A program made the position numbers and the translations under genes. Under the pieces are notes generated by a model, which was not told the origin of the DNA, ran no database searches, and saw only the letters and a list, made by a program, of their open reading frames with translations. Source: the human T2T-CHM13v2.0 reference genome, Homo sapiens. Taken from it: a stretch of DNA of 64,000 nt. Positions 31,616 to 51,100 of this stretch are shown here, piece by piece. The stretch lies in the NCBI RefSeq assembly GCF_009914755.1, contig NC_060938.1. The stretch is one strand, 5' to 3'. Each line of letters begins with the position of its first letter. Position 1 is the first letter of the stretch.

Positions 31616-32705
31616 AGGCACTCGTTGTTTGTGCACAGGGCAGAGGGGAGCCACCCAGGAGTGGAGGCTGACTCTCCCATCCGCCTGCCCCCAGAATCCC
31701 TGACCTTGGGGGGACCCTGCCCTGGCTCCACACGAGCCTAGGATTAGGGAGCTGAGCTTTCTGCCTGTCTCAGATTTCCCTTTACAAACAGCTGCTCCTT
31801 CTTGTCATTCTTTTGTCTTCCTGCTGGCTTCAAAATCTTTTGTACTTGTGCACCCCCTCTCATTCCCTACTCTAGGTCTCTGCTTTCTGATGGATGTGAA
31901 CAAAGAGAGAGATGGAGGGCCGGAGACAGGCTTGGGGCTGGCCTAGTTCACTTTGGGGTAGTTAGGGCAGGTTGATCTTGCCTTCAGGGAGTGTTTGGAG
32001 GGACACAACTCACCAAAAGGGAGACTTTGTGGGGAGTGACCGGTCTGGAGGGCCAGAGGCCTCAGAAGCATACAGGATGAGCACTCTGGTCAGCTTTGGA
32101 GTCAGTCACAAAAATCCACTTTGAAACCCAGTGATTCCATTTTCTAGCTGTGTGGTCTACGTCAGTCATATAATTGCTTTGAGCCAGTTTTGTCATCTGT
32201 AACATGGGGATAGCCACATTTTGTTTCCAGGGCTACTCAGGCCATTAGAGATTGCACAAGCAGAGTCTACACACAGCAGACACACTGTGGGCCCTCACTG
32301 AATGGCAGCTCTTAGGTTAGGAACACAAAATTGAGGAAGCCAGGCTGCAGACAGGAGGGCCGGTTGCCCTGCCATAGGTTCTTTGTCCCCACACCTCCTT
32401 CAGCCCCACTAAGTCCACTTGGTTCAAAGGATGGTCTGGACCAGAGTAGATCAGAAATCCTGCAGTCTTGTGGTCGGCTCTACCCAGACTGTGACTGCCC
32501 TTGGGAACGTCATGCCAGGAGGCCAAGGTTCTCAGACTGTCCTAGACTCAGTCTAGGCCCACAGTCCAGCCCTGAGCTGGGATAGGCATCACTGCTTGAC
32601 TGCTGCCCACTGAGCTTCCCTCATGACAAGCCAGTGTGTCCTGAGGTCCAGCAGGAGTTGACCCAGGCCAAGTGGTGACATTGGTCAGGCCACCAGATAG
32701 GAGCA

Positions 32706-33018
32706 GGCTGGGCGTTGGTGGCTCACACCTGTAATCACAGCAGTTTGAGAGGCTGAGGCAGGCAGATAACTTGAGGTCAGGAGTTTGAGACTAGCCTGAC
32801 CAACATAGTGAAACCCCGTCTCTACAAAAAATACAAAAATTAGCCGGGCATGGTGGTGCACTCCTGTAGTCCCAGCTACTCAGGAGGCATGAGAATCGCT
32901 GAAGCATGAGAATCACTTGAATCTGGGAATCGGAGGTTGAAGTGAGCTGAGATCGCACCACTGCACTCCAGTCTGGACAGAGTGAGACTCTGTCCCAAAA
33001 TAAAATAAAATAAAATAA
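32706..33018 (+). mobile_element. Alu
   Basis: Alu dimer with (TAAAA)n tail and small internal duplication gcatgagaatc. Confidence 0.93.
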
Positions 33019-33539
33019 GCTTTCAAGATGGGGACATGACAGTGGAGCTTGGTGAGGGGAGGGCTTTAAGAAGCACTGAGTATCAGGATATGTTCTGGGC
33101 AATGAGAATCACAGAGTGACCAAAGGCATGGAAGGGGAACGGTGTGGTGAGTTCATAAGGACTCGGAGGACACATGCCTGATGAGGCTATGCGTATGGGG
33201 GATCTGGAGACATAGGTGGAAGGAAAAAAAGGTAGGGCCCCAATGTCGGAGAGGGGAAAGGGCTATATACATATTGAGTGACCACCTGTGCCAGGTGCAC
33301 AGTGTTTTATACACCATGATCTCACACATGTTCACAATTGTGTGTCACTTAAATTGTGTTTTATGGAGGAGCAATGGGGTTCAGAGAGGCTAAGATGTTT
33401 GCTCAAGGTAAGTAGCAAACGTGGCACTGGGATTCAGACCCAGGTCTGTCTTGCTCAAAGGGCTTTCTACGGACTCTGCCCTGTTTCCCAGGACAGCAAA
33501 ATGGATAATACCCTGGAAGCAATGAGGAATGACTAAAGT

Positions 33540-34420
33540 TCTAAACCATGGCAGTCATTGTGATGTCTTGAAACCAGAGTTTGATGGGCCTAGCAGGGGT
33601 ATTATTGGGTGCTTTGCGGAAGAGAGGCTGGAGGCAGGGAGACCCGAGAGGAGGATACAGTAGCCATCAACGTTGGCAGGAAAGCGAGACCAGCAGCATG
33701 AAGCGGAAAGGCAAGGCTGGAAGGCCTTTCTAAAGAAGGAATAAAATGCCTTGCTAACAGCCTGGACGCAAGAAATGAGGAAGGGAGAGGCATGACTGCA
33801 CGATGTTGGCAAGGATGGGAATAATGGCAAAAGGGACACGTAGGAGGAAGGACAGTGTTCCGTTTGGGGGAAATGGAGGTAAGAGTGGGGCAACCAATGG
33901 AAGATGTTTTGCTTTCCTGAAGGAAGCTGGAGCTATGAGACCAGTGGGCAGAACTGGATAAAGAGGGCTGACTACCTCGGGGGATGTGAAAGAAGCCATG
34001 AGGTTGGAGAGAAGAGGAAAGGCCTGGGAGATACCCACAGTACAGCGATGGGAGAAGGAAGAGAAGCCCGCAGAGAAGAGAAGGAGATTCAAAGACAGCT
34101 AAGGAGAGTGAGAAATGGGCAGTTTCCTAGAAGCCAAAAGAAGCATTTCAAGAAGAGCAGGTGGCCAGCAGTGTCAGATGCCAAAGAAAGCCTGTGTATC
34201 AGGAAGACAGAGAAAAGAACTTGGATTATCTTGGAGCAAGCAGCTTGTGTAGTGTCACAGGCAAAGCCAGGCCACAGGGAGTTAATGAGGAAAAAGATGA
34301 GTGGACAGGAAGTGGAAGCAGTGGGTGTACACCATGCATTTGAGGAGTTTGGCAGTGAAATGAATGAGATTAGACAACAACTCAAGGGAAGAGGGCCAAG
34401 TAGCACGGTTTGTTTTGTTT
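33540..34420. mobile_element. Degenerate L2-like LINE fragment
   Basis: Purine-rich sequence with L2 3'-region-like motifs (gtggccagcagtgtcagatgc, gaggagtttggcagtgaa); from recall. Confidence 0.5.
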
Positions 34421-36538
34421 TTAAGGTAGGGTATTCCAGAATATGTGAAGAGGGGGTAATAAAAGATGCCCTTGTTTTGTTCACCATTTTCTTTTGCACT
34501 TTCTGGTTGTTTTCTTATTCTCATCTCCCTTTTTGGAAGCCTGGGGGGTGCTTTGAGAATGCCTAGAGAGTTTGGGTACCCACCACCAGAAAGTGGGCTT
34601 GCAAACATGAGGCTCAGCTGGCTCCCTCCTCATCTTCAGATATGCACGTAGGGAGCTCAAGGCAGAGCTCGATACAGCCCTGGCTGTCATCATTGGGCCC
34701 ACTCACTGGCTGGAGAAGGGTCTCAGCCTCCTGAGTTCCATCGTATAAAGATTAAAGTAGGGCTGGAGGGCAGGGAGTAGCCCTAGCGAATGATCTGGAA
34801 ACATATGTAGTGCTCAGCAATTCAATGTCTTCTGCTTGTTTTTGCTTCACTATTTTTACTTTACGTAGAAAGACAATGTCCCTGGTGTGAAGGTACAGGT
34901 GCCTTTACTGGGCCCAACCTACAACTCAGCCCCAAGAGAGCTTCCTAGTCTCTTAGGGCAGGGCTTTTGCTGGTGCTCCAGGAGAATGGTGGAATGCTGA
35001 CCCTTCTGGGATGTTCTGTGCTGTAGCAGACATTTGAGACTGCAGCAGCACTTGCTGGGTGTGCAAGCCCAGCAGAACCTTAATTCCACTTTAGTGCAGA
35101 ACCTTAATTCCAGTCCTTTGCTATACATGCCTCAAAGTTCTCCACAAGAGTTAGAAACTGAGTAAGTAGGCAACAGATACACACATTATGCAGGTCCTTC
35201 CAGCCATGGGAGAAGGTGGTAAGTGACCTCCCTGGGTCTGAGAGTCACAAAGTCAGATTTGGAACAGAGGGGCCTGGGGAGCTGGCTGGTGCTTTTCTCC
35301 AGGGAAACTTTTCCAGGGCAGCTAGCAGTCCCAGTGCCAGACTGCCTCTTGGGTCCATGAATCAGATTGGAGGCTGAGAGCTGGTCAGGCTCCTGGATGT
35401 CTGAAGGGACCAGTGCAGAGGTTTAGCTTCCCTACCTGTAGCAAGGAAAGAAGGGCCTTTATCAAAGGTCTGGGAGTTTACTAGATTAAAACAGCTGAAC
35501 CATTCTAAGCAGGAAGAGTGGGAAGGAAGCAAGATGGGACAGTAGTTGGTTTGCTGGGAGTGAGGAAAAGTCAGGAAAGGGGTCCATGGAGAGGCTGGGA
35601 GAGGGGCAGAGGGGGAGATATGCAGAGATATTGCATAGTAGCGGGGCTGGGGGAGCTGAGGTCCGGCTGTGGGAACAAAGACAGTGGAGTGACGAGGCTA
35701 AGACTGCAGAAAAGGTGCAGAGCTGTGTGTCTGTGCATGGTGGAGGAGATGACCTTGCCCAAGGGCAGAGCCTTGTGGCTCTGAGAAGCCAGGGCAGGGG
35801 GCACAGGCTCCAGCCTGGTCTCCCCGTGCCTGGGCCCCTTGTCTCTGAGATTACAGCCTTGGCTGCCAAGAGCAGCTCCATGGGGGTGGTGTGGAACAAA
35901 GCGAACGGCCCTTTTGTGATTCTGGGTTCCTAAGAATAGCTTGGCTGTGTGTGGGGAGGTGTCTGTAGCCTGCCTGTCCTGGGTCTTGTTCTCAGAGGTG
36001 TTCGAATGCCTGGTGTTGGCGGGGCTCATTGCTAGTTGCTGGGGTAGTGGAGGCCGTCAGCCCACCTCAGCCTCTGTTACCTGTGCTTGTCCAGCTCAGC
36101 TTTGGGAGAAGGCTCAAGGCCCAGGGACAGTGGAGGGGCAGACACGGAGTGGCCCCAAGGTGTTAAGGGAGAGAAGACAAAGGCCACAAGCCTGGAAAAC
36201 AAATTTGATGCCTGAAAGTGAAGACAGGGAGGGTTCTGGGAAGGTAGGGGTTGAGGGACAGCAGCCAGAAGAGGCCAGAGCAGGGATGGACATGTGGGAA
36301 GGACTTGTGGGACATGGAGGAGAAGCAGAGAGAATAGGTGCACGCGGAGGCCAGAATGTGGAAAGCAAAGGGATGAGGAATGGTCCAGGGGAGGGGGAGC
36401 AGGATGGACGGGTTGACAGAGAAGAGCAGATGGAAGGAGAGAAGAGAACGAAGCGGGAAAGGCAGTGGGCACTTCCACAGAGATTGGAGGGGGGTGGCAT
36501 GACTCTTGGAAGAGCTTGGAAGCAAGGCTCTCAAACGC

Positions 36539-36597
36539 CATTCCTGTGAGATAACAATGCAGTCAAATCCCTCCCTAATCTCCCCTCCTATTATTAG
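36539..36597. promoter_or_regulatory. Candidate enhancer core about 7.9 kb upstream of MYH7
   Basis: CATTCCT, AGATAA, AACAAT and perfect MEF2 CTATTATTAG within 59 bp. Confidence 0.55.
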
Positions 36598-37725
36598 CCC
36601 AGCGTCCTCTCAGAGAATAGGCCACAGGTCCCTGGGCTCTGTCCTTTCCCCCATGCCCTTGGCTGGAATTAGACAGACGTGCCTGCATGGTCATCTGCTA
36701 ACCACGGTGTCCGGACTTCTAGGCAATGTCATTGGACAAGAGGATAGAGAGGTAGTGGGAAGGGGATGGAAGGTCACCGGACACCCTCCGTGGACGAGGC
36801 AGCAGCTAGACACAGAGAGGGGTGAAGGGGTGCACTAGAGGTCTTTGTGCTCAAAGACTTTTCAGATCAATAGAATAAATACACAAGCAACATGATCACA
36901 AGTACAAAATAACATGGTTAACACGTGCAAAATAACTGGAAAGTCAAACACATAGCCATGGGGATGCAAAAGAGCTGTCATGAAAGGGCAGAGCAGAGAG
37001 GGGAGGGTTTCTGGGGAAGGTGAGCTTGGAGGTGGGTCTTGAGAGGATGGATCTCGAGGAACCACGTCCACAGCTGCTGGCCAATGCTGTGGGCATTCCG
37101 GAGGAAAGAAGGGAATCAAGGAGACAGTGGCTTCTATGTCTACTTTTCTGGCCCAGCCTCTAGGGGCAAGGTTGTTAAAAGCTTAATAGCAGACTCCTGG
37201 GTTTTTAAGCACACTGGTATTTGTTGCTATTTATTTAAAACTGCTGTTTCTTTCTTGTCCAGCGTGGTCCTTTTACGTTTTCCCCTTAGCCTCCCTCTTG
37301 CCTCTAGTATCCCTAAATACTGTTTATCATTTTGATACTTAAAATGGCCAAAAGTTATCATACATATTTTTATTTTGAGCTCTTTTGACTCTGACAAATC
37401 GAAACAAAATAAATACTTGATGAATAATGTACCAAAGAAAGTGAGCAGCTGCTGTTCTGTGTTCCTATGAGGGCTCCAATTGCTCTTGCAGGATGAGGGA
37501 CATAGATGAGATTCTCTGGATCATATTCAGGGAGAGGGTGGAGGAGGGTGGAGGTAGCTTGCTTTCTCTCTCTCTTTTTCTTTCTGTTCCTTCTCTCTCT
37601 CAACTTGCTTTTTTCTTCCTCTCTCCTTCTTTCCTTCCTTTCTTTCCTTTCTCCCAAATTATAAAAGTAATGCTCATTACTTTAAAAATTCAAACAATAA
37701 ATCTTCTATAAGGCAAAACAAGTGA

Positions 37726-38318
<593 letters not shown>

Positions 38319-39964
38319 TGACTTAAAAAAAATGTATGTAGTTTTTGGAAGCTTCTCAAGTCATTAATGATTCCAGGATCCCTCTTCAAGTGACACATGT
38401 GGACAGTTACCAGAGTCTTCAGAGGCTATATAGTAATCAGCACTCAAAAGTGAATCAAAGTGAATTTTGAGAAATGAATGAAAGAGGCCAAGGAAGGATA
38501 AGAAAGAGGATGCCAACCCCTTTTAACTTCAGCCCTTCTTTGTTCCTGGACATCCTCCTCTCAGGAGAGGTCACTTGGACAACATCTGTCTGGGGTCAGA
38601 AGTGACAGTAGGTGCATGGTAGACTCTCGGGTCATGGGAGATTATCCTCATGGCAGAGTCACCTGTCCCTGCTTGTGAAAAAGACTTTTTTTTTTTTCAC
38701 AATGGTAGCGTTGGCATAATGATGCCTAGTAATTACTTTTGCAAGGCTGGTTCTGAAATGCCACATTTTTCATGCTCAGAAAAAGGTGGTCATTTTATCT
38801 GGTCGTTTTTCTGTTTTGAACTCTGGAACTCATCCTGAATGTCACATTTGTACCTGTTCTTTGTGTGGAAGCTCTAAAGTGGCCTTTAGCCAAAAGTCAA
38901 TCAAAAGTTTTGAGCAAGATCCTAATATAGTTGATGACTGATGCAGCCCTTGAGCTGACAGCTGGTGTAGCATGGATGGCTGGATTCCTGATGTGAAAGT
39001 ATGAGACCAGAAGCAACTGAAACGCCCAACTCTCTACTCTCATTCTGCTCTGTGCTGCTCCCCCTCCTCCCCACTGCGGGCCCCACACGAAGCCAATACT
39101 AATTCCCCAGTTTCTGCCTTTTCAGAGACCCACTGTGTGCCCTGCCCAATCAAAGGGAAAAGGTGGGATGGAAAAAAGGAAAGAAAAATATAAGATAATT
39201 ATTATGGCTCCTGACAGCTCTGTCAGTAGGATAAGGGCCTGAGATATGGAACCATCCTCTCTTGCAAACAGGGAGCATGCATGTGGAGGACCAAAGGTGG
39301 GAGGAAGGCTTGAAATCAAGAGAATGGAGGGTGAGAAAGGGAAGTGCAGGGAGTGGGGTCTACAGCCCCAAAGGTGAGCCTCAGGAAGGCCTCACCTCTC
39401 TGGGCAGTGCCAAGAATCCTGGGGAAGAAAATATGAGGAGTGGCCTGGCTCCCAGCCCTTGTGTCCTACTTCCCCTCTCCCATGCCTCATTATACCTGAA
39501 GGGCCAGTCCTGCCCCTGTCCCTGGATGCATGTGAGAACCCAGGAGGAGGACCTGCATGGGCTCTGGCCTACACTTGGAGTCTCAGCATCGTCACTCTTG
39601 CTGCTGTGCCCTAGTTCTAGAAATTCAGCTTCTATCTTGTTCCTAAGACTTGGGCCCCACCCTGTGCCGCAGGCCGGTAACTGAGCCCTGGTTCCCTCTG
39701 CCAGAGGCCTTGTCTTGGTAACCCTCTTCGTTTTCCTGGCCCTGTCTACTTCTCAGGGATTAGATTTTTCCCTTAAGCCCCAGCCAAGAAGCCAGGGGCA
39801 CTGTTTCCTGCTCATAGAAGGAGATAGCATATTTTGATAACTAAGAACATAGATTTTGGAGTCAGACTTAGGTTAAAAAATCCTGGCTCTACCACGAACC
39901 AGCTATGTGACCTGGGTGTGTCATTTACCCTCTCTGAGAAAAAACATGCAGTATCATGTGCAGT

Positions 39965-40125
39965 CTTATGACCCAAAATATAATCCATAGACTGGCAGCA
40001 TCAGCATCAGTGGGAGTTTGTTAGAATTGCAGAACCTCAGGCCCCAGCCTAGATCTATTGAGACATTAGCATGTTAACAAGAACCCAAGGTGATTTTGTG
40101 CACATTAAAGTTTAAGAAGCACTAA
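39965..40125. mobile_element. MER5A-like hAT MITE
   Basis: gcatcagcatc..ttgttagaa.tgcaga..ctcaggcccc..aaagtttaagaagcact pattern. Confidence 0.6.
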
Positions 40126-40652
40126 TGTAGAGGAAAGAGCACAGGCTCTGGAACCAAGAAGATCTTGCTCTGAATCCCAGCTCTAAACCTCAGTCTTATC
40201 TGTAAAATGTGGATGGCAATACCTACTCCATATACTTATCTTGAGGATTATGTATATGAAGTTACAGGCACATGTTCTAAGAAACAGTGAATTCACTAAC
40301 AGTGAATGTATCTATTACTATCTATGGCCTGCTTGGCTTTCCAAACCTGTTCCAGTGCCCTCTTATTAGAACATCTTCCTGATTCTGATTGCTTTAATAG
40401 ACTACCTCCTTTCATCTGCTGCCAGGCTAGTCCACATCCTTCCAGCCTCTGCAATGAGAATATTCTCTGAGATCTGCCCCATCTCACTGGGTCCTGTCTA
40501 ACTCCAGATCCCAGGTCCTTCCAGGCCTACTGTTCTGCTCCAGTTAACAGGAACACAGCTTACCACACCCCAGGAATTCATTCCACCAACATTGATTAGC
40601 ACCAGCTTTGTGGCAGGCATAGTCTTGACTTTGGGAGCTCACAGAATAATGT

Positions 40653-41086
40653 TGTTAAAAAGATTAACTGAGGCACATAAGATTTAAAAGAGTTTACTTG
40701 AGCAAACAGCAATTCGTGAATCAGTCAGCTCCAAACCAGAAGTGGCTGGGGGGCTCCACTAAGGGTACACAAGTGGGAGGCTTTTACAGGAGGAACATGG
40801 AAGTAAGGCAAATAAAACATTTGATTGGTTACAGGTATACAGCTGTCTTATTTGGTCTGTCCTGTTAGAAAGTCCCTAGTCACATAATTATAAGTTTGTT
40901 GGTTGCTTCTGATTCATTGAGCTTAAGTTCTGTTTTTCTTTAACATAGGCATTTACAAGAAATAGCCCAAGTTAAGTTTCACTTATGTTCACAAATCAAG
41001 CAAGGTTAAGATCACTTAAGAGGCCTAACTGGCTTTTCCTGCTCAGGGATTCCTCAGGCCCAGTGTCCATTTCAATTACTTTAACA
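40653..41086. mobile_element. ERV1 (MER4-group-like) solo LTR
   Basis: TGTTAA...TTAACA termini, about 430 bp, LTR-like content. Confidence 0.55.
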
Positions 41087-41289
41087 CCGTAGCAGGGCAG
41101 ACAAGCACAGAGGTGGTTACAATATAACAGAACAGGTACTATAATGGAGGAAGTACCAGGTGCTATGAAGGGCAAAGTCCGGATGCCATGGGAGCATGAA
41201 GCAAGGCCACGTGATTTGGACTGGCGATCAGGGAAGGCTGTCTGGAAGAAACACCATTTTAGGCGAGACTTAAAGGATAAATTGGAATA

Positions 41290-41708
41290 TGTATTAGTCC
41301 GTCCTCACATTCCTATAAAGAAATCCCAGAAACTGGGTAATTTATAAAGAAAAGAGGTTCAATTGGCTCACCGTTCTGTAGGCTGTACAGGAAGCATAGT
41401 GGCATCTGCTTCTGGGGAGGCCTCAGGAAGCTTCCAATCATGGTTGAAGGTAAAGAGGGAGCAGGCACGTCACAATGGTGAAAGCGGGAGCAAGAGAGAG
41501 AAGGGGAGGCGCTGCACACTTTCAAATGACCAGATGGCACCAGAACTCACTCACTACCGTGAGGACAGTACCAAGGGGGATGCAGCTAAACCATTCATAA
41601 GAAATCTGCTCCCATGATCCAGTCACCTCTCACCAGGCCCCACCTCCAACATTGGGGATTACATTTCAATATGAGATTTGGGTGGGGACACAGATACAAA
41701 TTATATCA
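41290..41708 (-). mobile_element. MaLR (MST/THE1-type) solo LTR
   Basis: TG..CA ends, 5-bp TSD gaata, MST-like sequence. Confidence 0.85.
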
Positions 41709-42885
41709 GAATATGTCAAGAAGGAGCTGAGCAGAGAAGCCAGCGTGTCCAAAGCCCCAAGAGGAACTGAAATTGATTCAGAATGGCTAAAGTATGGGAG
41801 TAATCAGGGGAATATGACAAGAGAAGAGCCTAGAAGGCAGGTTCAGCTGGTCATGAAGGACCTTCTGAACCAAGTTAAGGAAGTTTGGACTTTAATCTAT
41901 AGGCACTGAGCAGCTATTAATGTGTATTAAAAGAGATCATGATACTATCTGATTTTATAGAATAGGTGGCATAACCAGTGATTCTTGGGGGAAAGCAACG
42001 TTTAGTTTCTGATTCGTTTGCATGAGAGATTCTAGACTTGTGGTCACAGGTAAAGAATGAAGAAACCTACCTAGAGAAACTGGGAACTAGAGAAGAGAAA
42101 GGGGAAGGGATCCAGGAGAAAGGTACTCAGTTACATTTATACTATTCGGCAGATTCCACCTTCGAAATGTCCCGCCTCCTCCTTTCTTTTCCATTCTCTT
42201 GAAAAACACTAGGCAAGCCCCTTTTTCACGTCTGCATAATTGCAACAGCACCTTAACTAGTCTTCCAGAGGCTCATTTCACCAGATGGCTAGCAGACTTG
42301 ATTTTCTAAAGCACTACCTCTTACATATCTGTCATTCATAGAAACTTCCAGGGCTCCCTGTTGTCTTTAAGATGAAGCCTGGACTCCTCTGGCTGGCATT
42401 TAAAGACCCTCCATAAGCTGGCCCAACTGCCCCACCTTATCCCTTCACAGTCTCCCCCCAGGTCTGACTGGTCTATGGACAGCACCCTCACCCCAGGTTG
42501 GGCTTTCTCAGTCCCTGACCTTGTCGGGACTTTTTCTGGCTGCTTTTCTAGGCACAGCTCAGTGGCTCTCCTTTGAAAGCACTTGCCAGTCCAACACAGC
42601 TGACCCTGAAACACACAAAACAAACTTTGTTGAAACTTTACAACTACAAAAATGACACCCAAGATCTCCTACCCAATCACATTATTCTCCTTTGTTCAGT
42701 TCTTTCCAAGGGGTGTGTATATGTGTATAATACATATTTTTTGTATGGCTGCTGTGTGTAGATATATATGTACATAATCTCATAAAACACCAATTAGCAT
42801 TTCATATTCTTACAATCTTATATTTCATAAATGGGGATAATAATATTGCTAACCTATGGGTTTGCTGTCAGATAACTTAATACAG

Positions 42886-43290
42886 TGAGATAGTTTAAAT
42901 ATGTGTCCCCCCAAATCTCATGTTGAAATGTAATCCTCAGTGTTGGAGGTGGGGACTGGTGGGAGGTGTTTAGGTCCTGGGAGTAGATTTCTCATGAATG
43001 GTTTAGCTCCATCCCCTTGGTGCTGTCCTCACCATAGTGTGTGTGTTCTCTCAAGATCTGATTGTTTAAAAGCGTGTGGCACCCTCTCCCTGTCTTGCTC
43101 CCGCTCTTGCCATATGACATGCCTTCTCCTGCTTTGCCTTCTGCCATGAGTAAAAGTTCCTTGAGGCCTTCCCTGAAGCTGAGCAGATACTGTAAAGCCT
43201 GCAGAACTGTGAGGCAATTAAACCTCTTTTCTTCGTAAATTACCCAGTCTCAGGTACTTCTTCATAGCAATGCAAGAATGGCATAATACG
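42886..43290 (+). mobile_element. MaLR (MST-type) solo LTR
   Basis: 5-bp TSD tacag; aaatctcatgttgaaatgtaatcc and attaaacctctttt hallmarks. Confidence 0.85.
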
Positions 43291-43357
43291 TACAGAGATT
43301 CTCAAACTTGTTCATGCTGCAGAATCACACAGAAGCTTTGTTAGGACACATTTTCTT

Positions 43358-43632
<275 letters not shown>

Positions 43633-44429
43633 CTACTGGATTGAGGACCACACATTGAGAACCACTGAATTAATGCATGTAAAGTGCTCAGAATAGTGCC
43701 TGGCATGTAGTAAATGCCCAATAAATGGAGCTACGGAGCTATTCATTTGCTATTTCTGAGTAAAAATATTAACATTTACTTGTTTGATATTTAGATTGTT
43801 TATAGTTTTAAATAACATTGTTATTGAGATATAATTCATGTGCCATAAAATTTACCATTTTACAATATACGATTCAGTAGTTTTTAGTATATTCAGAGTT
43901 GTGCAAGCATCACCACTATCAAATTTTAGAACATTTTCATCACCCTCAAAAGAAATACCATACCTATTAGCAGTTACTCCTCTTTCCCACTGACTCCCTG
44001 TTTGTAGTTTTTTTGAACTTATAAATAAAGTATCTCTAAACATAAGTACACATGGCTTCTTTTTATTTTGAATGATTTCAATAGAACAAATTCTAGGAGA
44101 CGAATTCCTTAGTCAAAAATTATGAATATGTTTACATATAGCCACTCTTTGAAAGCACTAATTTACAATCATTGTGGCTTTTTTTCCTGCTGTTGCTTTT
44201 CATTGTTAGCATATTGCTTATTCTTACACCGCTTCAGTTTCCTTAAGTTGATGTCACCAGAATATGAGGTCCTTGGGGTTGAGAACTGTAATATTTTCAT
44301 CTTTGTGTCCCCTAGGGCTACACTACTGAGTGTGGTAGTCACTAGCCAAACATGGCTGTTGGGTACTTGAAATGTGTCTAGTGCAACTGAGACACTGAAT
44401 TTTTCATTTAGTTAAAATTTAAAATGAAG

Positions 44430-45790
44430 GGAGATCAATTTATTTTCAACAAAGATTCCAAAACAATTCTTTGAGGAAATGGTGCTGGATACACACATGC
44501 AAAAAGATACATTTAGACCACACCCCACACTATACACAAAAATAACTTAAAACAGTTCAGAGACTTACATGTAAGATCTAAAACTTACAATTTTTGGAAG
44601 AAAACATAGGAAAAGTCTTTGGTTAGGAAACAAGTTCTTACATACAATACCAAAAGCATAATCCACAAAAGACAAAATTGTAAGTTGGACTTCATCAAAG
44701 TTGAAAGATTTTGTGCTTCAAAAGATGTCATTAAGAAGATTAAAATTTTAAAAAGAAAATTAAAATCTAAGCCACAGACTGGAAGAAAATACTTGCAAAT
44801 CATATTTCTAATAAAGGACTTGTGTTAAGAATAGATAAAGAACCAGTACAACTCAATAATAATACAAGAAAATTTTAAAATAGTCAAAAGATTTATAGAC
44901 TTAAAGTCAGCTAATTAGCAAGGTTAAAGAAAGAAAAGATTTATAGATATCTCAACAAAGATATGCAAATGTATAACAAGCACACAAAATATGCTCAACA
45001 TCATCAATCATTATAGAAATTCTAATTAAAACCTCAATGAGATACCACTTCATACCCATGAGTGTGACTATAATAAAAAAGAAAGGCAATAATAAATTGT
45101 GGCTAGGATGTGGAGAAACCAAAACTCTCCAACATTGCTGGTGAGAACGTAAAATGCAACAGCTACTTTGGAAAACAGTTTGAACTTTTCTTAAAAGCTT
45201 AACTGACATACATGTACCAAATAACTCAGCCATCCACTTTTGGGTATTTACTCAATAGAAAAGAAAGTATATATCCACACAAAGACTTATATAAACAAGT
45301 TCAAACAAGCGTTTATTCATAAACGCTTGGATATTATTCATAATATCCAAAAAGTGGAAATAATCCCAATGTTTATCATTAGGTGAACAGATAAACAAAA
45401 TGTGGTACATCCATACAATGGAATATTATTCAGCAATAAAAAGGAATGAGTACTGATACATGTTATTAATGTAACATGGATTAACCTCAAAAACATGCTA
45501 AATGAAAGAATCCAGATGAAAAGGCCACATATTTTATGATTCCATTTCTATGAAATGTCCAGAAAAGGAAAATCTATGAAGACAGAAGGCAGTGGCTGCC
45601 TGAAGCTGGTGGTGGAAATGGCAATGGACTGCAAATGGGTGTAAGGGATCCCTTTGGAGCATTGGGAATGCTCTAAATTGGATTGTGGTGATGCTTGCAT
45701 AAATGTAAATTTTCCTTAAAAATAATTGAATTGTATAAAGGGGTGAATTTTATGCTATGTAAATTATACCGCAATAAAGCTCTTAAAAAA
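44430..45790 (+). mobile_element. Old L1 (L1M) ORF2 end and 3' UTR
   Basis: L1M 3' motifs (aaaatgtggtacatccatacaatggaatattattcagcaataaaaaggaatga; caataaagct terminus). Confidence 0.8.
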
Positions 45791-46059
45791 CTAAAGCAGT
45801 GTAAAATACTTTCGGTAAAACACAGCTTTGTTGTTTTGGTAGGATTGTTTTACTTCAACGATCAACATAAGATATTGTCGTATTATAGTAACATATCAAG
45901 AATATGTGTTGTTTCTAGTGTATACACAAACATCACCAAACTAGTTGTTGTCAATAGATTGATTTGCTCCAGTGCGTTTTTCTCACACTAATTTAACATT
46001 ATAATGTGTTTATTTGAATATTTGATATAGACAGCATGGTAACTTCGATGAATTGCCAG

Positions 46060-51100
<5,041 letters not shown>

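Noticed and set aside
33904-34566. 220-aa ORF upstream of MYH7
   Set aside because: Lies in degenerate L2-like purine-rich sequence; no domain, splice or promoter support
35486-36549. Cluster of overlapping 115-202 aa ORFs
   Set aside because: Low-complexity GC/purine-rich sequence on both strands with no protein-like signature
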